Notes: generated by a model not told the origin, from the sequence alone. DNA of 64,000 nt from Candidatus Dadabacteria bacterium (GCA_963805855.1 CAWDVW010000002.1:288001-352000); one strand, 5' to 3'; positions 52,691 to 63,345 are shown, counted from the first letter of the stretch. Program-made: numbers and translations.

Positions 52691-54082
52691 ATGCAAAAAC
52701 TAATGTTATGCATAGGGCTCATGCTGGCGCTTATTGTCATGGCAGTTGCAGCTCACGCACAAGATACCAATAATCTGAGTCCTGAGGAGGCAGAAGCCAT
52801 AGCGAAGGAAGCATTCATATATGGATACCCGATGGTGGAGAACTATAAGACCATGTACGGATATGCCGTCGACAAGGACAGCTCACAATACAAGGCGCCG
52901 TTCAATCAGATTTACAACGCTCCAGGGGTTTATACTCCGCAGGACACAACCATTGTCAGCCCAAACAGTGACACTCCATATTCGTTTCTCTGGGCCGACT
53001 TGCGAGCGGAGCCTCTGGTATTGGGCGTACCGCAAATCGAAAAAGACCGATACTACTCTCTCCAGTTCATCGACCTCTATACATACAATTTCGCCTACGT
53101 TGGCACCGCTACCACAGGAAACGGTGAGGGCAAGTTCCTTCTGGCGGGCCCCAACTGGAAGGGTGAGAAACCAGAAGGTGTTAAAGAGGTTATTCGAGCA
53201 GATACTGATTTTGTCTTCGTCGGCTATCGTACCCAGCTCTTCAACCCCGAAGACTTGGACAATGTTAAGAAAATTCAAGCTGGCTACACAGTGCAACCTC
53301 TGAGCCAGTTCCTGGATGAACCATCCCCGCCAGCGCCTCCGAAGATAGATTTCCCGCCATACAGTCCGGATAAGGTCAGGACGCTTGAGTTCTTCGACTA
53401 TCTCAACTTCCTATTACAGTTCTGCCCGACTGTCACAGGCGATAAAGAAGCGCGCGCGAAGTTTGCCGAGATAGGCATAGCACCCGGTAAACCATTTAAT
53501 TCTGACAGCTTCTCAGAAGATATGAAAAAAGCTCTTGAATCCGGTATGGCCGCTGGCATGAAGGCCATAAATGAGAAGGCGGCGACGGAGAAATCGTCTG
53601 CTGACCTGTTTGGTACCCGTAAGTTTATGAAGAACAACTACCTGAACCGCGCAGTAGGGGCCAAGATGGGTATCTACGGCAACTCAAAGGGCGAAGCATT
53701 TTACTTCGTCTGGCTAACTGATTCTGACGGTAATAAGCTTAACGGTCAGGGAAACCGTTATACACTTACATTCGATAAAGGCAAACTGCCCCCGGTCAAT
53801 GCGTTTTGGTCGGTCACGATGTATAACGGCAAAACCCAGCTTCTGGTTGCGAACCCTATTAAGCGGTATTTGATAAATTCACCGATGGTACCCGATTTGA
53901 AGCGTGATGCTGATGGTAACCTGACCATCTACATACAGAAAGACTCGCCGGGCAAGGATAAGGAGTCCAATTGGCTGCCGGCTCCAGATGGACCTATATA
54001 TATGGTACTTAGGTGCTACTGGCCGAAGGAAGGCATACTCGACGGGGACTGGAAACTACCTCCGGTCGAGCGGGTCGATTAG
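52691..54082 (+). CDS. DUF1254/DUF1214 domain secreted protein
   Basis: Signal peptide, YGYP, PNSDTPYS, LRAEPLVL, PPVNAFWSVTMY, NWLPAP. Confidence 0.9.
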   Translation: MQKLMLCIGLMLALIVMAVAAHAQDTNNLSPEEAEAIAKEAFIYGYPMVENYKTMYGYAVDKDSSQYKAPFNQIYNAPGVYTPQDTTIVSPNSDTPYSFLWADLRAEPLVLGVPQIEKDRYYSLQFIDLYTYNFAYVGTATTGNGEGKFLLAGPNWKGEKPEGVKEVIRADTDFVFVGYRTQLFNPEDLDNVKKIQAGYTVQPLSQFLDEPSPPAPPKIDFPPYSPDKVRTLEFFDYLNFLLQFCPTVTGDKEARAKFAEIGIAPGKPFNSDSFSEDMKKALESGMAAGMKAINEKAATEKSSADLFGTRKFMKNNYLNRAVGAKMGIYGNSKGEAFYFVWLTDSDGNKLNGQGNRYTLTFDKGKLPPVNAFWSVTMYNGKTQLLVANPIKRYLINSPMVPDLKRDADGNLTIYIQKDSPGKDKESNWLPAPDGPIYMVLRCYWPKEGILDGDWKLPPVERVD

Positions 54083-54227
54083 CTAACCACATCAATATAT
54101 CACTACAATTGTTACGGGGAAAATTTACCTGCGCACTTATATTGGAACATAGGCGAAGTTAGAATAGTTATATAGTTGTTTCGGCTTGAGGAAAACTCCA
54201 GTAGTTACCAATCCAACTTAAACCTAT

Positions 54228-54250
54228 CTTGACAAAAGGGGTGCAGTACA
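54228..54250. mobile_element. Probable IS3-family terminal repeat remnant CTTGACAAAAGGGGTGCAGTACA
   Basis: Ends in CA-3'; 20/23 identical to 55088-55110. Confidence 0.55.
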
Positions 54251-54455
54251 TGCGACAACTTCAATTATCTACACATCGTTTTCGACATAACACTTAAAAA
54301 GTCCAGCCTTGAAATGGTTCCTCATACAGGTTTACAATCGAACTAGGATGACACTTCAGGATCACATAAGGACATAGAGATTCAGATACGCCATCAAAGC
54401 AACCCTTACGCCTAGAAGATGTGGAAGCTAGACTCCACACTCCTCTCAATGATCG

Positions 54456-54974
54456 TTATATCCTTTCTCTCCTTGTCAATAATGTCCATTCGGAAAGATA
54501 TGATACAAAGATCGCAACCCCTGTTCCGATACCTGATTCCACAAACCGCAGGCCAGCATTCAGGAACGGGTTCAAATCATGCCTCATTGTTGAAACGATC
54601 ATAACAACAGAAATAGTAACTCCAGTTAGCTTAATATGTTTCGGTAACCGAAGTAGGTGACAAACCGACGCCCCTATACCGATGCAAACGGAATATCCGA
54701 CGACCGTGAACGGAAAATAAAACAGATAGATACCACTCACGACGGATCCGATCAATGAGCCAACAATTCTAAATTTAGCAGACCGAAGTGTATCCTCCCG
54801 TGTACTCTCTAGGACGATAATACCCGATATCACGGACCAGAGGCCACCTATTGCAGATGTTGCCTCGTTGAAAAGTCCTGTAAAATAAAATGCACATAAG
54901 TAAGAAAATAGGGCAATGACCATATTCCATATGCTCACAGAAACGATGCTTTTATTTATCATAGGATTCTCCAA
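54456..54974 (-). CDS. FUSC-like (aromatic acid exporter family) membrane protein
   Basis: GGLWSVISGIIV, RIVGSLIG, LRFVESGIG. Confidence 0.8.
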   Translation of the reverse strand: MENPMINKSIVSVSIWNMVIALFSYLCAFYFTGLFNEATSAIGGLWSVISGIIVLESTREDTLRSAKFRIVGSLIGSVVSGIYLFYFPFTVVGYSVCIGIGASVCHLLRLPKHIKLTGVTISVVMIVSTMRHDLNPFLNAGLRFVESGIGTGVAIFVSYLSEWTLLTRRERI

Positions 54975-55087
54975 ATTAGATATTTTAAATTGATGATCTC
55001 CTGAATTTAATTTGGGGCGTAAGTCGCTACACGAACTATGTTATGTTGATAATGACTACTGATTAAAAGATTTTCAACCAATCTTAG

Positions 55088-55110
55088 CTTGACAAAAGTG
55101 GAGCAGTCCA
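55088..55110. mobile_element. Second probable IS3 terminal repeat remnant CTTGACAAAAGTGGAGCAGTCCA
   Basis: Direct copy of 54228-54250. Confidence 0.55.
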
Positions 55111-55133
55111 TACATTACCCCCGCTGAGCCCGT

Positions 55134-55769
55134 ATGAAACTTAAAGGTCTAAGGTCAATGCTTGGCAGCGGAAATATTAAATACACGGCAACCTATTGGT
55201 TGCTACTCATAACCTTTATCATAATCGTAGTTATCTTTTACTATGTCATGCTCGACCATTACACCCCATATACACGCACCCCTTACGTCCGGGCTTACGT
55301 CACACAGATAGCACCACAGGTAGAGGGCCCTGTCACAAAAATATATGTAAAGAATGATTCATATGTCGAGAACAGGCAACCCCTTCTTGAAATAGATTAC
55401 CGTCCCTACAGCTATAAGGTAAAACAATTACAGGCAAAACTCGTAAAAACCAGACAGAATGCCGAAGTGAGCATAGCTTTATACCCTGGTAAGATATTTA
55501 AGGCAAAGGTTGAGAGTCTTGACTGGGGAGTGAGCGCTGGTCAGGGAACACCATCAGGCGAGCTGCCGCTGGTTAAAAACCCCCAAAATTGGTTCAAGCT
55601 TGCTCAAAGATTTCCAGTTCGTTTGCAACTCACAAACCTGGATTCGGATTATGCATTACGGATCGGAGGTTCAACAAGTGTAACAGTCGATACTGGAGGG
55701 GGATTCATCTTGAACGGTTTAGCAAGACTATGGCTTCGAATCGGAAGCTACGTGAATTACATCTACTGA
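55134..55769 (+). CDS. HlyD/EmrA-family membrane fusion protein with internal in-frame deletion
   Basis: TM, IAPQVEGPV, LLEID.RPY then directly AEVSIALYPG...WFKLAQRFPVRL; only 211 aa. Confidence 0.75.
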   Translation: MKLKGLRSMLGSGNIKYTATYWLLLITFIIIVVIFYYVMLDHYTPYTRTPYVRAYVTQIAPQVEGPVTKIYVKNDSYVENRQPLLEIDYRPYSYKVKQLQAKLVKTRQNAEVSIALYPGKIFKAKVESLDWGVSAGQGTPSGELPLVKNPQNWFKLAQRFPVRLQLTNLDSDYALRIGGSTSVTVDTGGGFILNGLARLWLRIGSYVNYIY

Positions 55770-55867
55770 TTATGATGAATATTAAAGCAAGGTGTAAGTT
55801 TTCAGACTGTAAAGAGATAAGCCTAGCACTCGAATGTTTCAGCCGAGTGACATGTGGGAACAGGGAC

Positions 55868-56008
55868 TGGATTCCCGCCAACACTTGTCCTCGAAGTCCT
55901 TGATCGGGGAATCCGCGGGAATGACCGTCCGTTTGTCATCCCCGAGGACTTTAAGCGGGGATCCACAAACAAAAGCATGGATTCCCGCTTACATACTGCG
56001 GGAACGAT
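55868..56008. repeat. Cluster of GGATTCCCGC...GCGGGAATGAC palindromes with nested insert
   Basis: Three hairpin units in alternating orientation. Confidence 0.75.
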
Positions 56009-56081
56009 AATGGAATGCTCGTAGCAAACTATATGAAGATATTAAGTTAAGTATAATAAAATAGTATTCGAATTTAACGTT

Positions 56082-58331
56082 ATGCAGAAACAATTAAATA
56101 GTTCAAATATTGATCCTAAGAATACGAAAAGACTGCTGATTCCGGACATGAGCTGTGCAAGCTGCGTTGAAGCGGTGGAGGGCGGATTGCGGTCTGTCCC
56201 CGGTGTTAAAGAGGCGAATGTGAATTTTGCCGACCGCACGGCGATGGTAACCGGTGATGCCTCGGCTGAAGACCTTGTTCAGGCGGTAACTAAAGCCGGA
56301 TACACGGCTAGCCTGATCGAGGATTCTCAGGGAGACTTGGATAAGGACGAGGCAGAGATAGAACACTACAGGCAGCTTTTGAGAGAGACACTAGTATCAG
56401 CGGCTATTGGCGCAGTAATTCTATTTGTAATGTTGTTCGTTCTGCTTCCACCTCTGACTGAGCCCAGAGGTAAGCTTGTGGGCGGTGCGCTCTCAATATT
56501 AACTCTGTTTGTCCTGGTATATGTTGGCGGCAACTTCTTCACAGGGGCGTGGAAATCCTTCAGGAACCGTTCAGCAAATATGGATACATTAATCGCCCTG
56601 GGGACCGGCATAGCCTGGGTATATTCGACCTTTATCATCATTTTCCCCTTTGCCGTTTCTGAGGGGGCGCGGCATCTTTACTTCGACACGGCCGTTATCA
56701 TAATCACGCTGATCAAGCTCGGCTCAGCGCTTGAGATGCGCGCAAGGGGCAAGACCTCTCAAGCCATAAAGCGACTCATAGGACTTCAACCAAAGACCGC
56801 ACGCGTGATCCGGGAGGGTGAGGAAAGAGACATAGCTATCGATCAGGTCCTTGTCGACGATATCGTTCGAGTCCGCCCAGGGGAGAAGATACCGGTCGAC
56901 GGCGTTATCGTTGAAGGTCGCTCCACTGTGGACGAATCCATGTTGACGGGCGAACCCATCCCCGTCGAGAAAAATTCAGGCGACGAAGTCGTCGCAGGAA
57001 CATTTAATAAGCTTGGAACATTCACGTTCAAGGCTACCAGGGTGGGGAAAGACACCGCTTTAGCTCGCATAATCGAGCTTGTGCGAAAGGCACAGAATAC
57101 CAAGCCGGTGATTGGCCGTTTGGTCGACAGGGTAGCGAGTGTTTTCGTCCCTGCGGTGTTGATCGTTGCGGTGCTAACGGCGATGATCTGGCTTAACTTC
57201 GGCCCTGATCCAAAATCTACATTCATGCTGGTCACGGCTATGTCGGTTTTAATCATCGCGTGTCCCTGTGCACTGGGATTGGCTACACCGATCTCTATAA
57301 TGGTCGGGGTGGGAAAGGCGGCGGAGTACGGCGTTTTGATACGCAAGGGCGATTCATTGCAACAATCGGGTCAATTGACCACGATCGTCCTGGATAAGAC
57401 CGGAACCATTACCGAGGGAAGACCTTCCGTCACCGCAATAGAACCACTATCCGGCTGGAGCGAAACGCAAATCCTGCAGATAGCGGCCAGCGTGGAGGTC
57501 GGTTCCGAACACCCCTTGGCGCAATCTATCATAGAATCCGCAAGAAACCAGGATGTAAAGCTAGAACCGGTTGAATCTTTCGAAGCGATAGCGGGACACG
57601 GCGTTAAAGCAAATCTAAAGGGGCAAACCATACTATTCGGCAATCGAAAACTTATGGAGGAAAATGGCATCGACCTATTCTCTTTACCTGAGAAAGCCGA
57701 TGAGCTGGCGAAATATGGGCAAACGTGCATGTATCTGGCAGTAGACGGCACTGCCGCTGGAATTGTAGCCATATCAGATCCGGTCAAGGCCGATTCAAAG
57801 GCGGCCATCAGGAGATTACATAATCTCGGATTAAAGGTCGTAATGCTGACGGGAGATAATAAAGCAACGGCAAGTGCAGTGGCGAAGCAAACAGGCATTG
57901 ACGAGGTGATTGCAGACGTATTGCCGGAAGATAAATCAAAAGAGGTCACAAAACTGCAGCAAAGGGGGGAACACGTCGGTATGGTCGGCGATGGAATAAA
58001 CGATGCGCCCGCGCTGGCGAGTGCAGATGTGGGTTTTGCCATAGGTAGTGGGACCGACGTCGCTATCGAAAGCGCAGACATCACATTGATGCGGGGATCA
58101 TTACACGGTGTTGCAGATGCTATCAACATATCTAAAGCAACGCTTCGAAACATAAAAGAAAACCTTTTTGGGGCTTTTATCTATAATGTAATAGCGATTC
58201 CAATTGCAGCGGGGTTATTATATCCATTCACAGGTTTACTACTGAGCCCGATTATAGCAGGCGCTGCAATGGCGATGTCATCGGTAACGGTAGTGAGCAA
58301 CGCCAATCGTCTTCGCTGGTTCAAGGCATGA
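56082..58331 (+). CDS. copA: Cu(I)-translocating P1B ATPase
   Basis: MSCASC, TGE, CPC, DKTGT, SEHP, GDGIND, YN, MAMSS. Confidence 0.95.
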   Translation: MQKQLNSSNIDPKNTKRLLIPDMSCASCVEAVEGGLRSVPGVKEANVNFADRTAMVTGDASAEDLVQAVTKAGYTASLIEDSQGDLDKDEAEIEHYRQLLRETLVSAAIGAVILFVMLFVLLPPLTEPRGKLVGGALSILTLFVLVYVGGNFFTGAWKSFRNRSANMDTLIALGTGIAWVYSTFIIIFPFAVSEGARHLYFDTAVIIITLIKLGSALEMRARGKTSQAIKRLIGLQPKTARVIREGEERDIAIDQVLVDDIVRVRPGEKIPVDGVIVEGRSTVDESMLTGEPIPVEKNSGDEVVAGTFNKLGTFTFKATRVGKDTALARIIELVRKAQNTKPVIGRLVDRVASVFVPAVLIVAVLTAMIWLNFGPDPKSTFMLVTAMSVLIIACPCALGLATPISIMVGVGKAAEYGVLIRKGDSLQQSGQLTTIVLDKTGTITEGRPSVTAIEPLSGWSETQILQIAASVEVGSEHPLAQSIIESARNQDVKLEPVESFEAIAGHGVKANLKGQTILFGNRKLMEENGIDLFSLPEKADELAKYGQTCMYLAVDGTAAGIVAISDPVKADSKAAIRRLHNLGLKVVMLTGDNKATASAVAKQTGIDEVIADVLPEDKSKEVTKLQQRGEHVGMVGDGINDAPALASADVGFAIGSGTDVAIESADITLMRGSLHGVADAINISKATLRNIKENLFGAFIYNVIAIPIAAGLLYPFTGLLLSPIIAGAAMAMSSVTVVSNANRLRWFKA

Positions 58332-58335
58332 AAAA

Positions 58336-58701
58336 ATGAGCGCATTTTTAATAAATATCGCGGGCATTATACTGATAGTTTTTATCGTATGGTGGTTCTG
58401 GCTATCCAAAAAGGGCGCCGGAACCGCAGTACAGGGTAATTCAATCGATATAATAGTCGATGGCGGAGTTTATGACCCCGGTGAAATACACACTAAGGTC
58501 GGGAAACCGACTACTTTAAGATTCATAAGGAAAGACAGCAGTCCCTGTGCCGAAAAGGTAATATTTTCCGACCTGGGTATAAGCGCCGATCTACCCATTG
58601 GCAAACCCTACGAACTTACCATAACACCCAAAAAAGCTGGTGAGTTTGATTTTACATGCCAGATGGCAATGTACCGCGGAAAGCTAATCGTCGAGGAGTA
58701 G
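58336..58701 (+). CDS. Cupredoxin-domain protein
   Basis: TM anchor with WWFW, GVYDP, SPC, FTCQMAMYRG. Confidence 0.88.
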   Translation: MSAFLINIAGIILIVFIVWWFWLSKKGAGTAVQGNSIDIIVDGGVYDPGEIHTKVGKPTTLRFIRKDSSPCAEKVIFSDLGISADLPIGKPYELTITPKKAGEFDFTCQMAMYRGKLIVEE

Positions 58702-58786
58702 GAAACACACCCCTGCGTTTCCTACCTTTTGACAGAACAACAACAAGACCAGTGAACAACCCTACACAAATTTTCATATCCTATCT

Positions 58787-59035
58787 GGGGTGGGTCACGA
58801 GTCTTGCTCGCGACATCATAGCCAGACACTAGCAAGACTCGTGGTCTTTGCAATTCATATTATCAAATTATAATTGCAGCGCCGCACCTCTGTGTTCGCC
58901 CATAAAATGGGGCACAAGAAGGAGTCTGTGCCTACATTTTCCTATATCTATAGCAGGATAAAGGTGGGGGTAAGTCTCATGGCAATTTGTGAAACGATCC
59001 ATTTATTAGTGGAGGACTGAAGTCCTCCGCTACAT
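58787..59035. repeat. REP cluster (three different GTAG-type hairpin families)
   Basis: 58787-58847 GTCACGAGTCTTGCTCG doublet; 58876-58935 doublet; 59011-59033 GGAGGACTGAAGTCCTCCGCTAC. Confidence 0.7.
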
Positions 59036-59079
59036 TACTGAGATTGCCCAGACACGTCTGTTCTTGCCTAGACATATCT

Positions 59080-59505
59080 TTATGCTCTATGTCTAAATAT
59101 TGGTACCGCAGTTTTCTGGGCTGCTGCTCTTAAACCTTTGTCTAAAGTAGCAAGTGGAAGTCCTTTTCTCATTGCAAGATCAAGATATGAAGCATCATAA
59201 CTTGAGAGTCTGTACTCTCGCGCTAATGTAAGGGTTCTTAACATCATCTCTTCTGATTGCCCTTCCTCCACTGTAATAGGTAGTTGATTTAAAAGCGTCA
59301 AAAATCGCACGCTATCAGCTTCGCTTAGACGCTTCGTCCGTTCAGCTACCAACAAAACGTTTACAACTTCCAAGGGCCAAACAGTAGGAACGACGGCACT
59401 TGATTTCTGCAGACTGTCCAAAACCATGTCAGCGTATTTATTGGATTCGTCTTTAAAACACCAAGACATAACCACAGAATTGTCAATAACAAGAATTTCA
59501 GCCAA
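59080..59505 (-). CDS. vapC: VapC-type PIN domain toxin
   Basis: VIDNSV, W.LEVVN, YDASYL, LATLD. Confidence 0.92.
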   Translation of the reverse strand: MAEILVIDNSVVMSWCFKDESNKYADMVLDSLQKSSAVVPTVWPLEVVNVLLVAERTKRLSEADSVRFLTLLNQLPITVEEGQSEEMMLRTLTLAREYRLSSYDASYLDLAMRKGLPLATLDKGLRAAAQKTAVPIFRHRA

Positions 59506-59745
59506 TTATCGCCTGCCTGCCTCGATCATTTCACGGATAGTAACACCTCTAAGGACGTGTTTGTCACGAAACTTACGTAACTCAGCGATAATAAGTTTGG
59601 GATCAGCTTTTTTTAAAGCCTCAGCAGGCTGCAATATAGCGACCGGTACTCCATGTTTTGTGATGACAAATCGTTCCCCCTTGATAACCCTATCGAGTAA
59701 TTTGGGTAAATGTGTTTTAGCCTCATATGCTCCGACTGTTTTCAT
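59506..59745 (-). CDS. Phd/YefM family antitoxin
   Basis: VGAYEAKTHLPKLLDRV...ITKHGVPVA; abuts the toxin gene. Confidence 0.93.
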   Translation of the reverse strand: MKTVGAYEAKTHLPKLLDRVIKGERFVITKHGVPVAILQPAEALKKADPKLIIAELRKFRDKHVLRGVTIREMIEAGRR

Positions 59746-59755
59746 GATATACCTC

Positions 59756-59800
59756 AGACTAGTTTTAGACTAGTCTATCGGTCTTATCATGATTTGTCAA
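59756..59800 (-). promoter_or_regulatory. TA promoter with tandem operator palindromes
   Basis: TTGACA-N17-TAGACT; AGACTAGTCT (59767-59776) and AGACTAGTTT (59756-59765) overlap -10/+1. Confidence 0.75.
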
Positions 59801-59841
59801 ACAAGTTAAATGTATGGGCTGATGACCCATGAGCCCAGCTT

Positions 59842-59940
59842 GTAGGCACGAATTTATTCGTGCACCTTTTAATGCACGTGCAAGGGGTAGGTCACGAGTC
59901 CCCTCGACTAAACTCGGGACAGGCTTGCTCGTGACATCAT
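59842..59940. repeat. REP cluster: GTAGGCACGAATTTATTCGTGC and GTAGGTCACGAGTC[insert]TTGCTCGTGAC
   Basis: Hairpins preceded by GTAG; the second carries a 24-nt insert relative to 58787. Confidence 0.75.
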
Positions 59941-59986
59941 GAGCATCGTTAAAAAGAGACCAGACGCAATCTGGTAACTCTTTTCG

Positions 59987-60613
59987 TCAACTAACAGATT
60001 TCTCCCCCTTATTAATAGGGTTAGCAGATGGCATCATGATACCTCCCTCGCCACCAAGCATCTCCCCTCTTCCCAATAGAAACCAGCGCCCGACCAGAGC
60101 TGCGCTCACCGCGTCCAGCTCGTCGCTTGTTGTAGTGTCTGCCAATCCTTTGATTCCAAGCCGCACCAGTCCAACTCTTAGTCCAGCAATGTTCTTATGC
60201 TGCCTGGGAATCCTCCACACATCTTGCGCTCCACCTGGAAGGCATTCGACCGCGCGATAGCCCATCGTCTCAATCTTCGATTTCAGCGCCATGCCGCGCT
60301 CCGTCAACATTCGCATTGGACCGAGCGTGATCGGAAAGAATCGGATACCACGCCGTAGTAATTCGCGGTCGCAATCACGAAAATGCTCACCCTCGCGGTC
60401 GTGGATTGTCTTTCGTCCGTTGGGCAAACTAAGCGGAGCGTCTATTGTAACCAGAACTGGCTTTGCGAGATCTATTGATTGTAATATCTGTTCATCGGTG
60501 AATGCAATGAATGTTTCCGCCTTCATTCCACGAAGGACGCACACACCCGTTGGACGACGCAGAGATCCCGCAAGGTCTACTCCGACAACGATAAAAGGCT
60601 TCCGACTCGACAT
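59987..60613 (-). CDS. DUF429 family protein (predicted RNase H-like fold)
   Basis: GVDLAG, IDAPLS, RDCDREL, VECLP, DELDA. Confidence 0.85.
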   Translation of the reverse strand: MSSRKPFIVVGVDLAGSLRRPTGVCVLRGMKAETFIAFTDEQILQSIDLAKPVLVTIDAPLSLPNGRKTIHDREGEHFRDCDRELLRRGIRFFPITLGPMRMLTERGMALKSKIETMGYRAVECLPGGAQDVWRIPRQHKNIAGLRVGLVRLGIKGLADTTTSDELDAVSAALVGRWFLLGRGEMLGGEGGIMMPSANPINKGEKSVS

Positions 60614-60671
60614 GATGATTCTATTTTAGCCCCGCACGTAGCACGAACTGAATCCAAATGACATCCGCTAA

Positions 60672-60751
60672 TTATTCAGCCCAAGGCCCAAAACAATTAT
60701 ATTTCTAAATCTTGTTGTATTATATTCACATGTAGATTAAGCTTAAGTCAA
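60672..60751 (+). repeat. 80-bp direct repeat, copy 1
   Basis: 70/80 identical, ungapped, to 63079-63158. Confidence 0.92.
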
Positions 60752-60875
60752 ACCTTATAAGAGACTGTATTGCCTTACTCCTGTCAAGGCCGGTTTAAAT
60801 GGAGAAACTACTTCTTGACATTACATTATCTTGATGAAATAATGGCAAGATAAGATTTTTTATCCATAACATAAG

Positions 60876-63026
60876 TTGAATAATAATATAAACGCGAAGG
60901 AAGGTTTGGGAAATCCCATCCAAAACAAGGTTCTAATGTTTAGTTATTCTCACCAGATTATCTTGCGCGTTGCCCTGTTCGTGGCACTGCTACCGTTGGG
61001 ACTTCCAATATTCTCCTGCACGACAGGAGATAATACCTTAACCGAGCTAAGCGGTTTTGTTGAAAGCGGCGATCAACCTATCCACTTATCCACCATCACA
61101 CTCTACAGTACGGGGACGGGGGAAGGGCCCCAAGTATTGGGTGAGGCACAAAACGACGCCAGTGGTTTCTTCAGTATTTCCTACCGTACGCCATCAGATC
61201 CTAACGCGGTTTTGTACCTGATTGCCGATAGCCCTGTAATTAACTCGCCTCAGCTAAACCAAGTAACTAACTTAAATTTTATTCGCTTGGCCACGGTCCT
61301 CGGGACACCGCCCGTACCGTCGGAGATTGTCATCAACGAGCGGACGACCATTGCCACAGCATATGCAATGGCTCAATTCATCACCCCAACCGGAATTGAT
61401 GGAACGGTGCCTGGTCTCCAGAACGCAGCTGCAACCGCGCACAATCTGGTAGACCCGACAAACGCCAACATAGGGTCAGTGCTTGACAGCTTTCCTAATG
61501 GGGCGAGTACGTCGACTCGTGCTACTTTCAATGCGCTTGCCAACATGTTGGCCTCTTGCGTGCGCTCAGACACCAATTGCGATTCGCTCTTTAACCTGGC
61601 GACACCACCGGAGGGGGTGTCACCTGCTAATACCCTGCAAGCCGCAGTGAATATTGCCCACTTTCCATGGCAAAATGTGATGGAGCTTTTTGCATTGTCA
61701 CAGGAAGAAATAGTTTACGAGCCTGCCCTTACTTCGGACGCTGAGTTAAATGCATGGACGCTTGCTCTAAGATATGACGGGAACGGCTCAGAGCTGAATG
61801 GCCCAGGCAATATAGCTTTTGATGCGGCCGGAAATGCCTGGATAGTCAACAACTATGTGTTTGTATTAAACCCACTGGACCCGGAAGGTAAGGCATGTGG
61901 CGACACACACCTTCTCAGGTTTACTCCGACAGGTGAGGATTTTCCTGGAGCTCCGTATCAAGGCGGTGGTGTCTATGGTGCAGGATATGGTGTTACTCTT
62001 GATCCCGACGGGAATGTTTGGGTAGGTAACTTTGGCTTTCAGGGCACCAACTGTCCTCTCGACTTTGAAGAGCTGTCGCAAACCGTTTCAGAATTTGCGG
62101 GCGACGGCACGCCTATTTCGCCCGACAGCCAGGGGAATGAAATGGGCCAGGATCACGGGGGCTTTCAGGGAGCCGGTAACACTATTCGGCAGCCTCAAGG
62201 TACCGTTTCCGACAGGGATGGGAACATCTGGATAGCCAACTGTAGCGGTAAAAGTGTTACCCAGTTTCCGGGAGGCAACCCCGACGAGGCCTTTGCCATT
62301 TCCCCGGTTGATGATATGGACAACCCTCTCCTTTTTAAGCCATTTGATATTGCTATTGACCTCAAGGGAAACGCCTGGGTTACCAGCAACGGCAACCACA
62401 GCATTTTCGCATTTGACCCTAATGGGAATCTAATATACTCCCTTACCGGAACCGCTGCAAGAGACGCAGGTATATTTTTGCCCATGGGTATTGCAAGTGA
62501 TAGCCTGGGTAATATATGGGTTGCAAACTCAGGCATTACTCATATAGCTTGCGACGGTACAGACTTACCTACAATGATTGAGATTCTCGCAATCACCCTT
62601 GACCCTGATTTCGACGGAAGAAACGCCTCTGTAACGATGATTCAGCCCGACGGAGCTCCAGCTGAAGGTACACCCTTCAAAGGCGGCGGACTCCTAGTAC
62701 CATGGGGGATCGCCGTGGACGGAAATGATAATGTATGGGTGGCCAATTTCCAGGGGAGGGCTGTATCTGAAATATGCGGTGCCAGGCCCGAAAACTGCCC
62801 CCCCGGATTTAAGACAGGAGACCCCATTTCTCCAGACGGCGGCTACTTTTTTAACGGCCTGGTGCGCAACACTGGTGTGCAAATCGACCCTTCGGGAAAT
62901 GTGTGGCTCGCCAACAACTGGGAAATTATCGCCGTCCCGGAAAATCCCGGTGGCCATGAGATGGTGGTTTTTATCGGCCTGGCAAAACCGGTTCAGACCC
63001 CTTTAATCGGCCCTCCAAATAAATAA
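60876..63026 (+). CDS. Exported NHL/Vgb-like beta-propeller repeat protein, probable lipoprotein
   Basis: IFSC lipobox-like; repeated P.GIA.D..GNVWVAN units; start uncertain. Confidence 0.82.
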   Translation: MNNNINAKEGLGNPIQNKVLMFSYSHQIILRVALFVALLPLGLPIFSCTTGDNTLTELSGFVESGDQPIHLSTITLYSTGTGEGPQVLGEAQNDASGFFSISYRTPSDPNAVLYLIADSPVINSPQLNQVTNLNFIRLATVLGTPPVPSEIVINERTTIATAYAMAQFITPTGIDGTVPGLQNAAATAHNLVDPTNANIGSVLDSFPNGASTSTRATFNALANMLASCVRSDTNCDSLFNLATPPEGVSPANTLQAAVNIAHFPWQNVMELFALSQEEIVYEPALTSDAELNAWTLALRYDGNGSELNGPGNIAFDAAGNAWIVNNYVFVLNPLDPEGKACGDTHLLRFTPTGEDFPGAPYQGGGVYGAGYGVTLDPDGNVWVGNFGFQGTNCPLDFEELSQTVSEFAGDGTPISPDSQGNEMGQDHGGFQGAGNTIRQPQGTVSDRDGNIWIANCSGKSVTQFPGGNPDEAFAISPVDDMDNPLLFKPFDIAIDLKGNAWVTSNGNHSIFAFDPNGNLIYSLTGTAARDAGIFLPMGIASDSLGNIWVANSGITHIACDGTDLPTMIEILAITLDPDFDGRNASVTMIQPDGAPAEGTPFKGGGLLVPWGIAVDGNDNVWVANFQGRAVSEICGARPENCPPGFKTGDPISPDGGYFFNGLVRNTGVQIDPSGNVWLANNWEIIAVPENPGGHEMVVFIGLAKPVQTPLIGPPNK

Positions 63027-63078
63027 ATCGCCTAATTAAGGCCGTCGCTAGCTTCGAAAAAAGGGTGGGGTCGGGCTT

Positions 63079-63158
63079 TTATTCAGTCCAAGGCCCAAAG
63101 CAATTATGCTTCTAAATCCTGGTGTATTATATTCACATGCCGATTAAACTGAAGTCAA
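63079..63158 (+). repeat. 80-bp direct repeat, copy 2
   Basis: See 60672-60751; preceded by GGGGTCGGGC. Confidence 0.92.
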
Positions 63159-63276
63159 TTCTATTTTATTCTCGGAGATGGATCTTTGAAATTAAAGAAA
63201 ACAGCTAAAAAACCTCGGTTTTGAGATTTAACTGCTTTTTTGCTTGTTAGCCTTGCACTGCAGAATTTATAAATCC

Positions 63277-63345
63277 GTTTACATCTCTATTGAAGTTGTA
63301 AACAAAATCATATAAACTGTTTACATCTCAAGCTAAAATGTAAAC
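63277..63345. promoter_or_regulatory. Two GTTTACA-N13-TGTAAAC operator candidates
   Basis: 63277-63303 and 63319-63345, 42 bp apart, ending 6 nt before the ATG. Confidence 0.75.

Noticed and set aside
57371-58153. 260-aa antisense ORF, and similar antisense or overlapping ORFs across the window
   Set aside because: Lie opposite or within well-supported genes; no motifs of their own
60672-63158. Integron attC or Xer/pdif interpretation of the 80-bp repeats
   Set aside because: No RYYYAAC/GTTRRRY hairpin ends, no convincing 11-6-11 Xer site, no integrase
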